Below, piece after piece: positions 37,228 to 45,106 of a DNA stretch of 49,704 nt. Position numbers and translations under genes: made by a program. Position 1 is the first letter of the stretch; each line of letters starts with the position of its first letter. The notes beneath the pieces are model-generated. The model made no database searches. It had not been told where the DNA came from and saw nothing but the letters and a program-made list of their open reading frames with translations. Origin of the DNA: a virus (lineage: Duplodnaviria; Heunggongvirae; Uroviricota; Caudoviricetes); IMG/VR virus record IMGVR_UViG_3300020049_008481; one strand, written 5' to 3'.

Positions 37228-37452
37228 TTACTCTCCTTCTACAGTGACGCCTTCGACGCCACCATCGCAACTGACACGTACATCCACAAGGACACCAGCA
37301 GGGACTAGACTGACAATAGAGGACCCCACTATACCGACAGCCTGGCCAAATAACGGGGTAAGGTCTGCACCAGATGCTACGATATTACTAGCGACAGTGA
37401 CCTTAACAGTATAAGTTACTTCAAGGTCTTTGATGTTTAGATCTAATTCCAT
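37228..37452 (-). CDS. Hypothetical protein (74 aa)
   Basis: SD GGAGG; Val-rich ORF. Confidence 0.55.
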   Translation of the reverse strand: MELDLNIKDLEVTYTVKVTVASNIVASGADLTPLFGQAVGIVGSSIVSLVPAGVLVDVRVSCDGGVEGVTVEGE

Positions 37453-37496
37453 TATTCCTCCATTGAAATAAATATGAACACTCTATACATCGGGCG

Positions 37497-37724
37497 CTAG
37501 CCATCTAAATAAAACGGATTTTGGAATAGCCAAGAAGTGGGCACATCTATTATTTCCAGTAAATCATTAACTGAAACTATACCCGTAATGACACCACATT
37601 CTTCACAAATCACCTCACCTGTAACAGTAACCCAAAAAGGCGAACCTTCCCAGCATCGCGCACAAAGATACTCATACTCTTGGGAGAAATAGACTGCCGG
37701 AATGTACAGGTCGTTTAGATCCAC
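37497..37724 (-). CDS. Small zinc-ribbon protein
   Basis: CARC...CEEC. Confidence 0.6.
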   Translation of the reverse strand: MDLNDLYIPAVYFSQEYEYLCARCWEGSPFWVTVTGEVICEECGVITGIVSVNDLLEIIDVPTSWLFQNPFYLDG

Positions 37725-37960
37725 GTTCGTTCCATCTTATTTGTAAACCCCCAAACCACAGGATCTACAACATAAAATGAACTACCCACCTTCTTCATCC
37801 TGCCAGATTGCACCATCTTCTTAATTCTAACGCTTAGATTAGGTTGATGAACTCCTAGCTCATCTGCTAGATCAATTTGTGCTATAGTAAGCTTACCGCG
37901 AGAATCTGTATGATGATTCCAAAGATAAGAATGTAGCCTATCGTTGTCTATTCTCGTCAT
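37715..37960 (-). CDS. Winged-helix DNA-binding protein
   Basis: IAQIDLADELGVHQPNLSVRIKKMVQSGRM. Confidence 0.7.
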   Translation of the reverse strand: MTRIDNDRLHSYLWNHHTDSRGKLTIAQIDLADELGVHQPNLSVRIKKMVQSGRMKKVGSSFYVVDPVVWGFTNKMERTWI

Positions 37961-38222
37961 TTAACCTCTTCTTCATTGCAGGGGAAATTTTGAACTTGAC
38001 TGTCCTGCAAGGCGGGATGGTTATTATATCGTCTTTAAAGCGACGTAAATGACCAGCCCTGTGTCTTGTCTCGAATCTTCCAACTCCTTTAATGAGAATA
38101 GGTTCCTCCAAGTCCCATGCAAGTTCAAGAGATTCATAGTATGAATCAATAATGCGCTTAGTGAGAGCTACACTGCACCTAGAACTTCTAGCAGTTAGTT
38201 TGATGATATCACTATGTTTCAT
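37938..38222 (-). CDS. HU/IHF-like DNA-binding protein
   Basis: ILIKGVGRFETRHRAG...ITIPPCRTVKFKISPAMKKRLN; leaderless ATG at 38222. Confidence 0.82.
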   Translation of the reverse strand: MKHSDIIKLTARSSRCSVALTKRIIDSYYESLELAWDLEEPILIKGVGRFETRHRAGHLRRFKDDIITIPPCRTVKFKISPAMKKRLNDENRQR

Positions 38223-38228
38223 AAAAGC

Positions 38229-38237
38229 AGTATACCA
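38229..38237 (-). promoter_or_regulatory. Extended -10 promoter, leaderless
   Basis: TGG TATACT then 6 nt then ATG 38222. Confidence 0.65.
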
Positions 38238-38289
38238 CAAATCGGTGGGAATATTCCATCAGTTAACGTGTTGAATCTATCAGTAAGAA

Positions 38290-38700
38290 CTAGGCAGGAA
38301 AGATCCTGTTCCGTACCAGCCTCGGTGAAGAGCTGCGTAAGGTGAAACGCCTCCCCTCTTGCGGCTGCTGATACCAGTCCCCATTGCGGAAGAGGGTGAA
38401 TGCCGAGCTTACTGTCACAGGTGAGCATCGTAGCTCGTAAAGCCGAGCACGGTGAAGCGGCTGCGCCCTTAGTGTAAAAGCTAAGGGGCTAGCTTATAAT
38501 AACAATAAGCAATCAAGTATTATCTAGCAAGTGCTCTAGTGACGACAACTTAAGGTCGGGTGAGGCTCTAGGCCCGTAGGGGGGATGGCGAGGGTCTGTC
38601 TACATTCTCTTGGCTGCCATCTCACAGAGATTCAAAAGCGTTCGCTTCGCTCAATGTCATGCATTCGCATGACATATTCGTTCACTACGTTCACTCACAC
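38290..38700. ncRNA. Candidate structured RNA or replication-origin element (unassigned)
   Basis: No convincing ORF; several 5-9 bp stems; six GGTGA(A/G) repeats; minus-strand TATACT at 38701-38706. Confidence 0.4.
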
Positions 38701-38709
38701 AGTATAGAT

Positions 38710-38727
38710 AAAAAAGCAGGAGACTGC
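38710..38727 (-). terminator. Possible weak terminator
   Basis: GCAG TCTC CTGC followed by T6. Confidence 0.4.
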
Positions 38728-38728
38728 C

Positions 38729-38977
38729 CTAGTCATCTACCGGCATCTCGTAACTACAGAAAATCCAGTTAACTGGTTTACAGTTGAAACAGTATGATCT
38801 AAGAGTTCCATAGTATTCCAGAATGTCTAAATATGCTTTAGAGAATTTCATTGGATACTGTTTCTCTGTAATGGTTCTTCCGCATTCATCACAAATATGA
38901 ATAATCTGAATGTCATCTTGTGAATCATTTAAACCTACTATACCTAGAACAGACATGGTTGACTCTCTTAACCCCAC
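38729..38977 (-). CDS. Small NW-motif protein with zinc ribbon
   Basis: CDEC...CFNC; PVNWIFCSYEMPVDD*. Confidence 0.7.
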   Translation of the reverse strand: MGLRESTMSVLGIVGLNDSQDDIQIIHICDECGRTITEKQYPMKFSKAYLDILEYYGTLRSYCFNCKPVNWIFCSYEMPVDD

Positions 38978-39002
38978 TTCACACCTTAATGGGGAATAGG
39001 AA

Positions 39003-39050
39003 ATAAAATAAGCCCTACGCTGAATCTAATCGACGTAAGGCTTATTTTAT
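39003..39050 (-). terminator. Long hairpin/terminator
   Basis: ATAAAATAAGCCTTACG...CGTAGGGCTTATTTTAT on minus strand, with one G.U pair. Confidence 0.65.
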
Positions 39051-39055
39051 GAGAG

Positions 39056-39259
39056 TTATTTAAGAGAGACAGGAATCCAAGATAAGGGTCCTGTATTTGT
39101 TTCAGACCAACCTGCTAATCTGAACTTCATGTCTGACGCCATTCCTGGTATTCCGTATATGATTGTTGCTACTTGCCCGTTTGAAACTATAATCTTAAGG
39201 TTTAGTTCTGCGTTCCTTATTGATTTATGAAAGGTGTCTGAGTTGTGCCCATCCATCAA
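39056..39259 (-). CDS. Small NW-motif protein
   Basis: Ends PLSWIPVSLK*. Confidence 0.65.
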   Translation of the reverse strand: MMDGHNSDTFHKSIRNAELNLKIIVSNGQVATIIYGIPGMASDMKFRLAGWSETNTGPLSWIPVSLK

Positions 39260-40049
39260 AGTTTCCTAACGGTTCCTTACGCCAAGGCGTATACCATTTT
39301 ACTGGCTTAACTGGTGTAGCCACATGCTCTAGAGGACTATAGTGTGGGGGGTCTGCTGACACAAGCTTATCATACAGGTCCAGATCTTTAACCATATCCC
39401 GTATTCCATCATGGGTTAGATAGGAAACTCGTGCGCATCTTGCAGCCGACACCTTTTTTCTGTTCTCCACGTCTGCCATAAGGCTCTGTTCTAGGTCATC
39501 GTATTTAAGATATGGAGTATGCCATTCCCCATAATCAACATGCTGAACGTGTGAAAAGATCCATGCGTCCTTCATGAGTTCTGCAGCCACCCGTATTTCG
39601 GGTTGAGCATCAGGGCTGCATCTTTGATTAAAGAAGTTCTGCCACTCAGTTGAAGTGATTATAACCGTATGCCACATAAATGGCTCTAACAACCTGTTTG
39701 CAACCTGCTTATGTAAATGCATGTCCTGTAGCTTCTCCACCGTAGCTACAGCATGGTCTCGCTGCTTAAGCCATAGGCTTTCAGCTAAACGCTTACTGAT
39801 AACATCTATTTCCCCGTTGGCGCTCATCCCAGGTCCAGCTATACCCCATTCAATAGGCATAGCTGGGTTATTCTTCACTTCCTCTAAAGTTCTAGAAACC
39901 GGGACAGCCCTAGAGGACCTAGAGTTACGTGAAAAGGCTCTGTGAGTATTTAGCTCTGCCAGAACCCACCTATGGCAAGTGACTTCCATAGAAGTAAGCC
40001 GAACACCATTAGGGGATATGCTATCTAAAATGATCTTTGCAGAGGTCAT
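39225..40049 (-). CDS. thyX: FAD-dependent thymidylate synthase
   Basis: ELNTHRAFSRNSRSSRA (RHR-x7-S-type motif variant), ANRLLEPF, SAARCARVSY, HYSPLEH. Confidence 0.85.
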   Translation of the reverse strand: MTSAKIILDSISPNGVRLTSMEVTCHRWVLAELNTHRAFSRNSRSSRAVPVSRTLEEVKNNPAMPIEWGIAGPGMSANGEIDVISKRLAESLWLKQRDHAVATVEKLQDMHLHKQVANRLLEPFMWHTVIITSTEWQNFFNQRCSPDAQPEIRVAAELMKDAWIFSHVQHVDYGEWHTPYLKYDDLEQSLMADVENRKKVSAARCARVSYLTHDGIRDMVKDLDLYDKLVSADPPHYSPLEHVATPVKPVKWYTPWRKEPLGNFDGWAQLRHLS

Positions 40050-40255
40050 CTATTCTTCCTATCCCGCTTAGCAACCTTACATTTGGGGATATGGATTTTT
40101 TCCAGGAAGTCATCTGGCAGCCAAGTGTCAGGGAACCTTTGTGCCACACAACAGAACGGGCATTTCACTGAGTTAGGATGTCTAACTTTCGGCTTCGGCT
40201 TGATTGGTTCAAGGTCTTCACTACGGAAAACATATCTGTAGCTGTTGTTACTCAT
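40046..40255 (-). CDS. Hypothetical zinc-finger protein
   Basis: CPFC...HIPKC. Confidence 0.55.
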   Translation of the reverse strand: MSNNSYRYVFRSEDLEPIKPKPKVRHPNSVKCPFCCVAQRFPDTWLPDDFLEKIHIPKCKVAKRDRKNR

Positions 40256-40445
40256 GAAAATCTCCTAGATACATTAGTATCCAATTTGGTAGTAATGTTG
40301 ATTCTTGATTTGCTGCTTGTAGGTACTTTTTTATCTTCCAGCAGAAGTAGCATAGGTTCATCCTAAATCTAGCATACGATAGTTGGGCGAATGCGTCTGC
40401 TGTTGAATTTGTGTCTATCATCCCGCATATTTCACATGGTTTCAT
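40248..40445 (-). CDS. Small NW-motif protein with zinc ribbon
   Basis: CEIC...CYFC; LPNWILMYLGDFHE*. Confidence 0.65.
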   Translation of the reverse strand: MKPCEICGMIDTNSTADAFAQLSYARFRMNLCYFCWKIKKYLQAANQESTLLPNWILMYLGDFHE

Positions 40446-40636
40446 GTGTCATACGTTACCTCCTTCATGCTTGCAAAAATCCAGTTGGCTGGTAAAGGTC
40501 TTCTGTAGTTATCAAGGTTGTAGTAATGTATTTGCCCTCGATGGATAGTATTGCCTGTACTTACGTAGTATATCACTGCATACCAAATACTACCTTTATA
40601 GGTTTTGAATTCCCAACGTGTCTGTTCTCTATACAT
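40442..40636 (-). CDS. Small NW-motif protein
   Basis: PANWIFASMKEVTYDT*. Confidence 0.72.
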   Translation of the reverse strand: MYREQTRWEFKTYKGSIWYAVIYYVSTGNTIHRGQIHYYNLDNYRRPLPANWIFASMKEVTYDT

Positions 40637-40664
40637 TTAAACTACAGGCTGTCCAGACAACAAA
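40619..40664. repeat. Left copy of 46-bp perfect inverted repeat (partner 49659..49704)
   Basis: TGTCTGTTCTCTATACATTTAAACTACAGGCTGTCCAGACAACAAA equals reverse complement of the window end. Confidence 0.9.
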
Positions 40665-40859
40665 ATCATATGAAGAAATCCACCATCTACTGTTTTTTAG
40701 ATCGAACGCTAACCATTTAGAACTATCAAATGAACTTGTGCTTGATATTAGACCAGGCAAGATGCCGTGATTAAACCAGAAGTATTGAGCAAACTCACCT
40801 AACCTATAGTGGGTCTCTAGTCTATAAAATAACTGGTTTCTCTTTTTAATCCTGTTCAT
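40629..40859 (-). CDS. Small NW-motif protein
   Basis: FVVWTACSLNV*. Confidence 0.7.
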   Translation of the reverse strand: MNRIKKRNQLFYRLETHYRLGEFAQYFWFNHGILPGLISSTSSFDSSKWLAFDLKNSRWWISSYDFVVWTACSLNV

Positions 40860-41023
40860 TTCTTTTTCTTCTTATTACGGTTATAATAGTTAGGCTTCTT
40901 TTGGGGACGCATATTAACCGGCACCCAGCCCTTAGATCCAAGATGCCATTGCTCATGACATTTAGTGCAACAGCAGAAGTCGTCATCATAGATCATAGAG
41001 TAGGCGTGGTTGCACTTTCCCAT
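40856..41023 (-). CDS. Small Cys-rich protein (55 aa), degenerate motif
   Basis: Hand-translated MGKCNHAY...CCCTKCHEQW...KGWVPVNMR...KKKKK*; TAATG and ATGA overlaps. Confidence 0.55.
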   Translation of the reverse strand: MGKCNHAYSMIYDDDFCCCTKCHEQWHLGSKGWVPVNMRPQKKPNYYNRNKKKKK

Positions 41024-41268
41024 TAGATAGCTAACAAAGTAGTAGCATCATCAAAGTCCATACTGGCGGCAGGTTCTGCCCCAGACATTCTCATACACTT
41101 AAGAACCTTCTTCAAGTTGCTCTTAGTGCAGTTATGGTCTTTTTCTAACTTGTGGGTTAGCCTCACTAAACTAGCAACCTCTTGCTTAAGACGCTCTATC
41201 TCACCCATCATTAAAGTAACTACAGGTGGAGGTATGTCTTCTTCTAAGAGTTCTTCGATTGGTTCCAT
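41023..41268 (-). CDS. Hypothetical coiled-coil protein (81 aa)
   Basis: Heptad pattern; downstream of sigmaA promoter. Confidence 0.65.
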   Translation of the reverse strand: MEPIEELLEEDIPPPVVTLMMGEIERLKQEVASLVRLTHKLEKDHNCTKSNLKKVLKCMRMSGAEPAASMDFDDATTLLAI

Positions 41269-41294
41269 AAATACCTTTGTTCGTGTTAGTCATA

Positions 41295-41323
41295 ACTATA
41301 ACATACCTGACATATAATGTCAA
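41295..41323 (-). promoter_or_regulatory. SigmaA/sigma70 promoter
   Basis: TTGACA-N17-TATAGT. Confidence 0.78.
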
Positions 41324-41517
41324 GGCATTATTGAGCATATTGTCCAGTCTACTAGCGTGGTTATGGTAGAATAAAATGTTGGTCCGCCTAGACTTATTTT
41401 AGGTACAGCTATCTCTAATTTTAGTTCAGTCTCAGAGTATGTTAATGAAATAACTGAAGAGATATTGAAAACTACGAAAAAAACACCGGGGCCAATCAGG
41501 TGTATCTGTTTAATCAT
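41320..41517 (-). CDS. Small NW-motif protein
   Basis: LVDWTICSIMP*. Confidence 0.65.
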   Translation of the reverse strand: MIKQIHLIGPGVFFVVFNISSVISLTYSETELKLEIAVPKISLGGPTFYSTITTLVDWTICSIMP

Positions 41518-41553
41518 TGTAGTCCCGGAAATTTATATCCGACCATTTAGCCA

Positions 41554-41727
41554 CTACCCCGTCTCCGGGTCGTGGCGTTTGGTTGTGGCTGCTGTCCAGT
41601 TTGGGGTGCATGTGGCTTTGCCGTATTCTGTTGTATGGAATTGTCCTGTTAGTGTGTCGTATGTTAGGTCTGTGATGCCTCTGTTGTTTAGTGAAATAAA
41701 GTAGTATCTGTAGTATGTGTGTTTCAT
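41554..41727 (-). CDS. Small NW-motif protein
   Basis: Start at ATGA overlap 41727 (MKHTYY); TPNWTAATTK... Confidence 0.68.
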   Translation of the reverse strand: MKHTYYRYYFISLNNRGITDLTYDTLTGQFHTTEYGKATCTPNWTAATTKRHDPETG

Positions 41728-41870
41728 TTTATGCTGGCTGCTGTCCACCCTGGGTATCCGTGGTGTTGGGCTTTTATGACTATGGAGAATCCTTGCCGGT
41801 CTCCCCAGTATAGGCTTGGGCTGCTTGGGTTGTCGTATGCGATTCTGTAGATTGTTTGTAGTTGTTTCAT
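41724..41870 (-). CDS. Small NW-motif protein (48 aa, not in track)
   Basis: MKQLQTIY...YPGWTAASIK*; ATGA overlaps at both ends. Confidence 0.7.
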   Translation of the reverse strand: MKQLQTIYRIAYDNPSSPSLYWGDRQGFSIVIKAQHHGYPGWTAASIK

Positions 41871-42097
41871 TTTATTGAAGCTACGGTCCAGTTTTTTAAC
41901 TGTAGGCTCGTGGGGGCTGGGGCGTATCTGCCTCTTGCTCTGAATAGGTATAGAAATATTCCGTCATAGTTCCGGTGGACGCAACGGGGCTGGGGTTGGA
42001 ACTCACGCACACGATGCCGTGCTAGTCGCCGGTCGGTTTCAAGTTCATATGTTATCATGGCGTGTTCTGATTTGTAGATTAGATACTGTTGGTACAT
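41867..42097 (-). CDS. Small NW-motif protein
   Basis: Probable start MYQQ at 42097; LKNWTVASIK*. Confidence 0.68.
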   Translation of the reverse strand: MYQQYLIYKSEHAMITYELETDRRLARHRVREFQPQPRCVHRNYDGIFLYLFRARGRYAPAPTSLQLKNWTVASIK

Positions 42098-42282
42098 GGT
42101 TTTCTCAGTGGTTTTATGGATGCTACAGTCCAGTTTGTGGGGTAACAGTTCCAAGTCCCATAATGGGGTCGGTTGGTTTCGAAGAAGCCGGGGGTTGATC
42201 CTTCATAAAGGTAGGCTACAGTGTCCCCGTTGTCGTCGTGGTACAATTGTAGGTTGTTGTCTACTACTGTGAAGTGTTTCAT
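42079..42282 (-). CDS. Small NW-motif protein
   Basis: PTNWTVASIKPLRKPCTNSI*. Confidence 0.7.
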   Translation of the reverse strand: MKHFTVVDNNLQLYHDDNGDTVAYLYEGSTPGFFETNRPHYGTWNCYPTNWTVASIKPLRKPCTNSI

Positions 42283-42428
42283 TTTCTAACTATAATCCAA
42301 TTTTTCATTAGGTATGCCCAGTATGAATCTCGCAAATACACTCTGCCTCCATCGTAGAGTATTTTTGATACAGTGCCTGGCCACTCTAGGCGTGCAAATC
42401 CTGGTTGCTGATGTTTTATATTGAGCAT
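42279..42428 (-). CDS. Small NW-motif protein (49 aa, not in track)
   Basis: MLNIKHQQPGFARLEWP...MKNWIIVRK*. Confidence 0.68.
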   Translation of the reverse strand: MLNIKHQQPGFARLEWPGTVSKILYDGGRVYLRDSYWAYLMKNWIIVRK

Positions 42429-42568
42429 AGGATTATATTCCCTGGGTAACAGCTGGGTCCATTAACAGTAAAGTATACGAAACCCCTTGAGTAATATACC
42501 GTTATCTTTTCCGACCATTTTATTGCTGCGAAGCCAGTGTGATCTTGGTGCACTATTTTAGGTTTCAT
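42416..42568 (-). CDS. Small NW-motif protein, degenerate (50 aa, not in track)
   Basis: MKPKIVHQDHTGFAAIKWS...PGNIILCSI*. Confidence 0.62.
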   Translation of the reverse strand: MKPKIVHQDHTGFAAIKWSEKITVYYSRGFVYFTVNGPSCYPGNIILCSI

Positions 42569-42723
42569 TTTATTGTGGCCGCTGTCCAGTAAGCATTATA
42601 CATGATGTCGCCATAGAATTGGAATGTTCCTGAGTTGTGTGCATAAAACATTTCTATACTGCTGAAACGCCAGCGAAATAAAGTTGCACTCATATTACTG
42701 TGGTTTTTTAAGTACGTGTACAT
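42565..42723 (-). CDS. Small NW-motif protein (52 aa, not in track)
   Basis: MYTYLKNH...NAYWTAATIK*. Confidence 0.68.
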   Translation of the reverse strand: MYTYLKNHSNMSATLFRWRFSSIEMFYAHNSGTFQFYGDIMYNAYWTAATIK

Positions 42724-42914
42724 CAGCTTATTGTGCATACTATCCAGTTCATTTTATCGCCAGGGGATCTAAAGTCCATTGTTGTAGTGCTTAGCATCTT
42801 TAGCGTAACGCCATGATTTGCACTATATACGAATATAACATCGGAAGGGGACGAGTTAACTCTCCATCCAAATGATGCAACACCTAGATTTGAATTGTGA
42901 CTGCGGATTACCAT
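42723..42914 (-). CDS. Small NW-motif protein
   Basis: KMNWIVCTIS*. Confidence 0.68.
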   Translation of the reverse strand: MVIRSHNSNLGVASFGWRVNSSPSDVIFVYSANHGVTLKMLSTTTMDFRSPGDKMNWIVCTIS

Positions 42915-42923
42915 TTGTTATCT

Positions 42924-43151
42924 TTATTCTGATGGGCAAACGATCCAAGCGGAAGGGATTATCATCCAGCCGCTGCACCCTACACAATACATCAACCAGT
43001 CCATTGTGTCAAGGGGGGCAAATTGGTATCCCCAATTGAACTTGCATTGGCACGGATACTTGGTTGAGTTGTGCCCTTTTACGTTAAAGAATAGATTGTA
43101 ATTAACTGAGTTGCTGGGTGGTTTATTTGGGTTAACTGGTACTACAGACAT
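42924..43151 (-). CDS. Small NW-motif protein with zinc-binding Cys
   Basis: Probable start MSVVP at 43151; CQC...CVGC; PSAWIVCPSE*. Confidence 0.62.
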   Translation of the reverse strand: MSVVPVNPNKPPSNSVNYNLFFNVKGHNSTKYPCQCKFNWGYQFAPLDTMDWLMYCVGCSGWMIIPSAWIVCPSE

Positions 43152-43330
43152 ACCAAAACCCAGTTCGTGGGTAGTTGCATGTAGGTGTGGCAGACCGGGC
43201 AATCAATGTAGTTGCCGTCGGTCCATACCGAAATACGGATGGGGAGTTTATGGTGCAACCACTTGTAATGTTTACATGCAGGTTTTTCTCTGGCACCAAC
43301 GAAGGTGCCAGTTATTAGAGCAATCGTCAC
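43142..43330 (-). CDS. Small NW-motif protein with zinc ribbon
   Basis: CKH...CPVC; PTNWVLVCL*. Confidence 0.65.
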   Translation of the reverse strand: MTIALITGTFVGAREKPACKHYKWLHHKLPIRISVWTDGNYIDCPVCHTYMQLPTNWVLVCL

Positions 43331-43358
43331 ATAAAGTACAACGGTTCTTCGATTAATA

Positions 43359-43841
43359 TCATTCCCTCAACTTAGAACACTCCCTGGCAATCTGCCTTCT
43401 TCTCTGTCGGTTGCAAGAATCTATAATACAAATTCCATCCAAGTGATCCATTTCATGTTGGAACACTACAGCCAAATCTCCGGTTGCATCAATCTCTAGA
43501 GGATTGAAGTTTTCATCCCAACCATGTAGCTTAAGCTCATTTAGCCTTTGCATCGTAACTTGATGTCCAGGCGCTGACAGGCAGCCCTCGGTGGATTCTA
43601 TAACTGTGCCTTCAATTGGCAGATCGAACCAAGGGTTAAACACTGCCCCACGGTCTACACCGATGTTCCACACGAAACATCTACCTGAAACATTAATTTG
43701 TGGGGCAGCTAAGCCGACGCCATCAAACTTGTCCATGATGCTAAACATGTTATCTATGAGTAACTTGTATTGATCTTGGTGTTCTTCTAAGTCAAACAGG
43801 ATTGCTTTTCTTTTTAGAATTTCATTTCCATAGTAAATCAT
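43359..43841 (-). CDS. def: Peptide deformylase
   Basis: GVGLAAPQI, EGCLS, QHEMDHLDG; probable start MIYYG at ATGA overlap 43841. Confidence 0.93.
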   Translation of the reverse strand: MIYYGNEILKRKAILFDLEEHQDQYKLLIDNMFSIMDKFDGVGLAAPQINVSGRCFVWNIGVDRGAVFNPWFDLPIEGTVIESTEGCLSAPGHQVTMQRLNELKLHGWDENFNPLEIDATGDLAVVFQHEMDHLDGICIIDSCNRQRRRQIARECSKLRE

Positions 43842-43996
43842 TTTATGCTCCCGACTATCCAATTGGACATTTTAAAAAATTCGTTATCAGTTGTAAATCC
43901 ACTTATACCTAACATAAGCTCTCCAAAAATATAGGACAGTATGATTATGTCACATTCATATACTGACTCGATTATTCTCTTACCTGGCATATACAT
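43838..43996 (-). CDS. Small NW-motif protein (52 aa, not in track)
   Basis: MYMPGKRI...MSNWIVGSIK*; fills the gap between sigma and def exactly. Confidence 0.68.
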   Translation of the reverse strand: MYMPGKRIIESVYECDIIILSYIFGELMLGISGFTTDNEFFKMSNWIVGSIK

Positions 43997-44737
43997 TTAG
44001 AGACTTAACGATTGGAAACTGAGCCTGGCGTCTTCAATGGCCCGACCGTGGATCTGGCAGACTCTTGATTCTGTTATTCCCATTAACGTTCCTATTTCTG
44101 ATAAAGGTAAGTTTTCGTAATAATACAATGTAAAGATTATGCGTTCCCTATCGGAAAGGCCATTGATGATCTTCACAAGATAGTCTCTTACTAACGCGAT
44201 CGAATAGTTTGCATCTAAAGTGTCGTTGCTTTCAATAGACTCACCTACTGTGCTATAGTTCTCATCGTTAATTGGCGCATCAAGTGTCCCAATAGTACCG
44301 ATTGCAGAATGCGACTCTGCTTTCTTTACGAAGGTCGTGCTGACATCTAAGTGATCACTTATTTCTTGGATAGTGACTGGCCTATCGTATTCATTCTCGA
44401 GAATTTCTCGAGCTTCCTTGACTTCTTTTGATCTAGATTTTACACTTCGTGGAACCCAGTCGTTAGCTCTAAGCTTATCAATCATTGAGCCACGTATTCT
44501 AATTACAGCGAATGATTCAAACTTTACACCACGCTCCGGGTCATACCGTTTAATTGCTTCCATTAAACCGAATACGCCATCTGACTCTAAATCTTCTTTG
44601 TCGATATTGGATGGCAACGTCGAGTGTAGCCTGCTTGCCACAAATTTTACTAAAGGAAGATATGCTGTAACAAGTTCTTCGAATAAAATGTTTGAATGTG
44701 TTTCTTTATATTTAACCCATGTTTCCCTAGATACCAT
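43997..44737 (-). CDS. RNA polymerase sigma factor, FliA/WhiG (sigma28) family
   Basis: YLPLVKFVASR, DLESDGVFGL..AIKRYDPERGVKFESFA..RIRGSMIDKLR..DWVPRS, LSEIG..MGITESRVCQIH. Confidence 0.9.
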   Translation of the reverse strand: MVSRETWVKYKETHSNILFEELVTAYLPLVKFVASRLHSTLPSNIDKEDLESDGVFGLMEAIKRYDPERGVKFESFAVIRIRGSMIDKLRANDWVPRSVKSRSKEVKEAREILENEYDRPVTIQEISDHLDVSTTFVKKAESHSAIGTIGTLDAPINDENYSTVGESIESNDTLDANYSIALVRDYLVKIINGLSDRERIIFTLYYYENLPLSEIGTLMGITESRVCQIHGRAIEDARLSFQSLSL

Positions 44738-44743
44738 CTTTGT

Positions 44744-44752
44744 ATTATAGCA
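44744..44752 (-). promoter_or_regulatory. Extended -10 promoter, leaderless (sigma gene)
   Basis: TGC TATAAT then 6 nt then ATG 44737. Confidence 0.65.
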
Positions 44753-44912
44753 TATCCTTCAAAGAGACAGGAATAAAATTGATGGGAAGTAGAATTATCG
44801 TTCCGTCCGTTGCGTTCTTGACAGGCCAGATTTGGACTGCAATAGTACGGGCAGAGAAAGTCAACTATGGGACTTCTGTTTTACCCAGGTAAAATTGGGG
44901 AGTAAACTTCAT
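44745..44912 (-). pseudogene. NW-motif family member interrupted by in-frame TAG (44865-44867)
   Basis: MKFTPQFYLGKTEVP*LTFS...PINFIPVSLKDML*; ATGA-coupled start. Confidence 0.5.
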
Positions 44913-45106
44913 AATATAACTGGAATGAAATTTAATGGGAACACGTAGAAGGAACTCCATGACGACGTTGGTAAAGTTCTTTTGCGATGTTGAGTCCACC
45001 ATTCATCTTGTGTTAACTCATATGGAAGAGATGAAACCCAAAGGATGTGTTGAAAATCAGGGTACATCTTTGGCGTATGAGGCAAGTAGCTCATTTTGAA
45101 GTTCAT
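44909..45106 (-). CDS. Small NW-motif protein (W->F variant)
   Basis: Start at ATGA overlap 45106; PLNFIPVIL*. Confidence 0.62.
   Translation of the reverse strand: MNFKMSYLPHTPKMYPDFQHILWVSSLPYELTQDEWWTQHRKRTLPTSSWSSFYVFPLNFIPVIL

Noticed and set aside
38219-38428. 69-aa minus-strand ORF from the track
   Set aside because: No SD, overlaps the HU leaderless promoter and the structured region; probably spurious.
38290-38700. tRNA, tmRNA, group II intron domain V or CRISPR array in the structured region
   Set aside because: No cloverleaf, T-loop or CCA; the AGCCG...CGGCT stem lacks domain V geometry; repeats are 6 nt with irregular spacing.
41554-42282. NWT as an N-glycosylation sequon linking tags to the GT cluster
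   Set aside because: Only three members have N-x-T; most have NWI, which is not a sequon.
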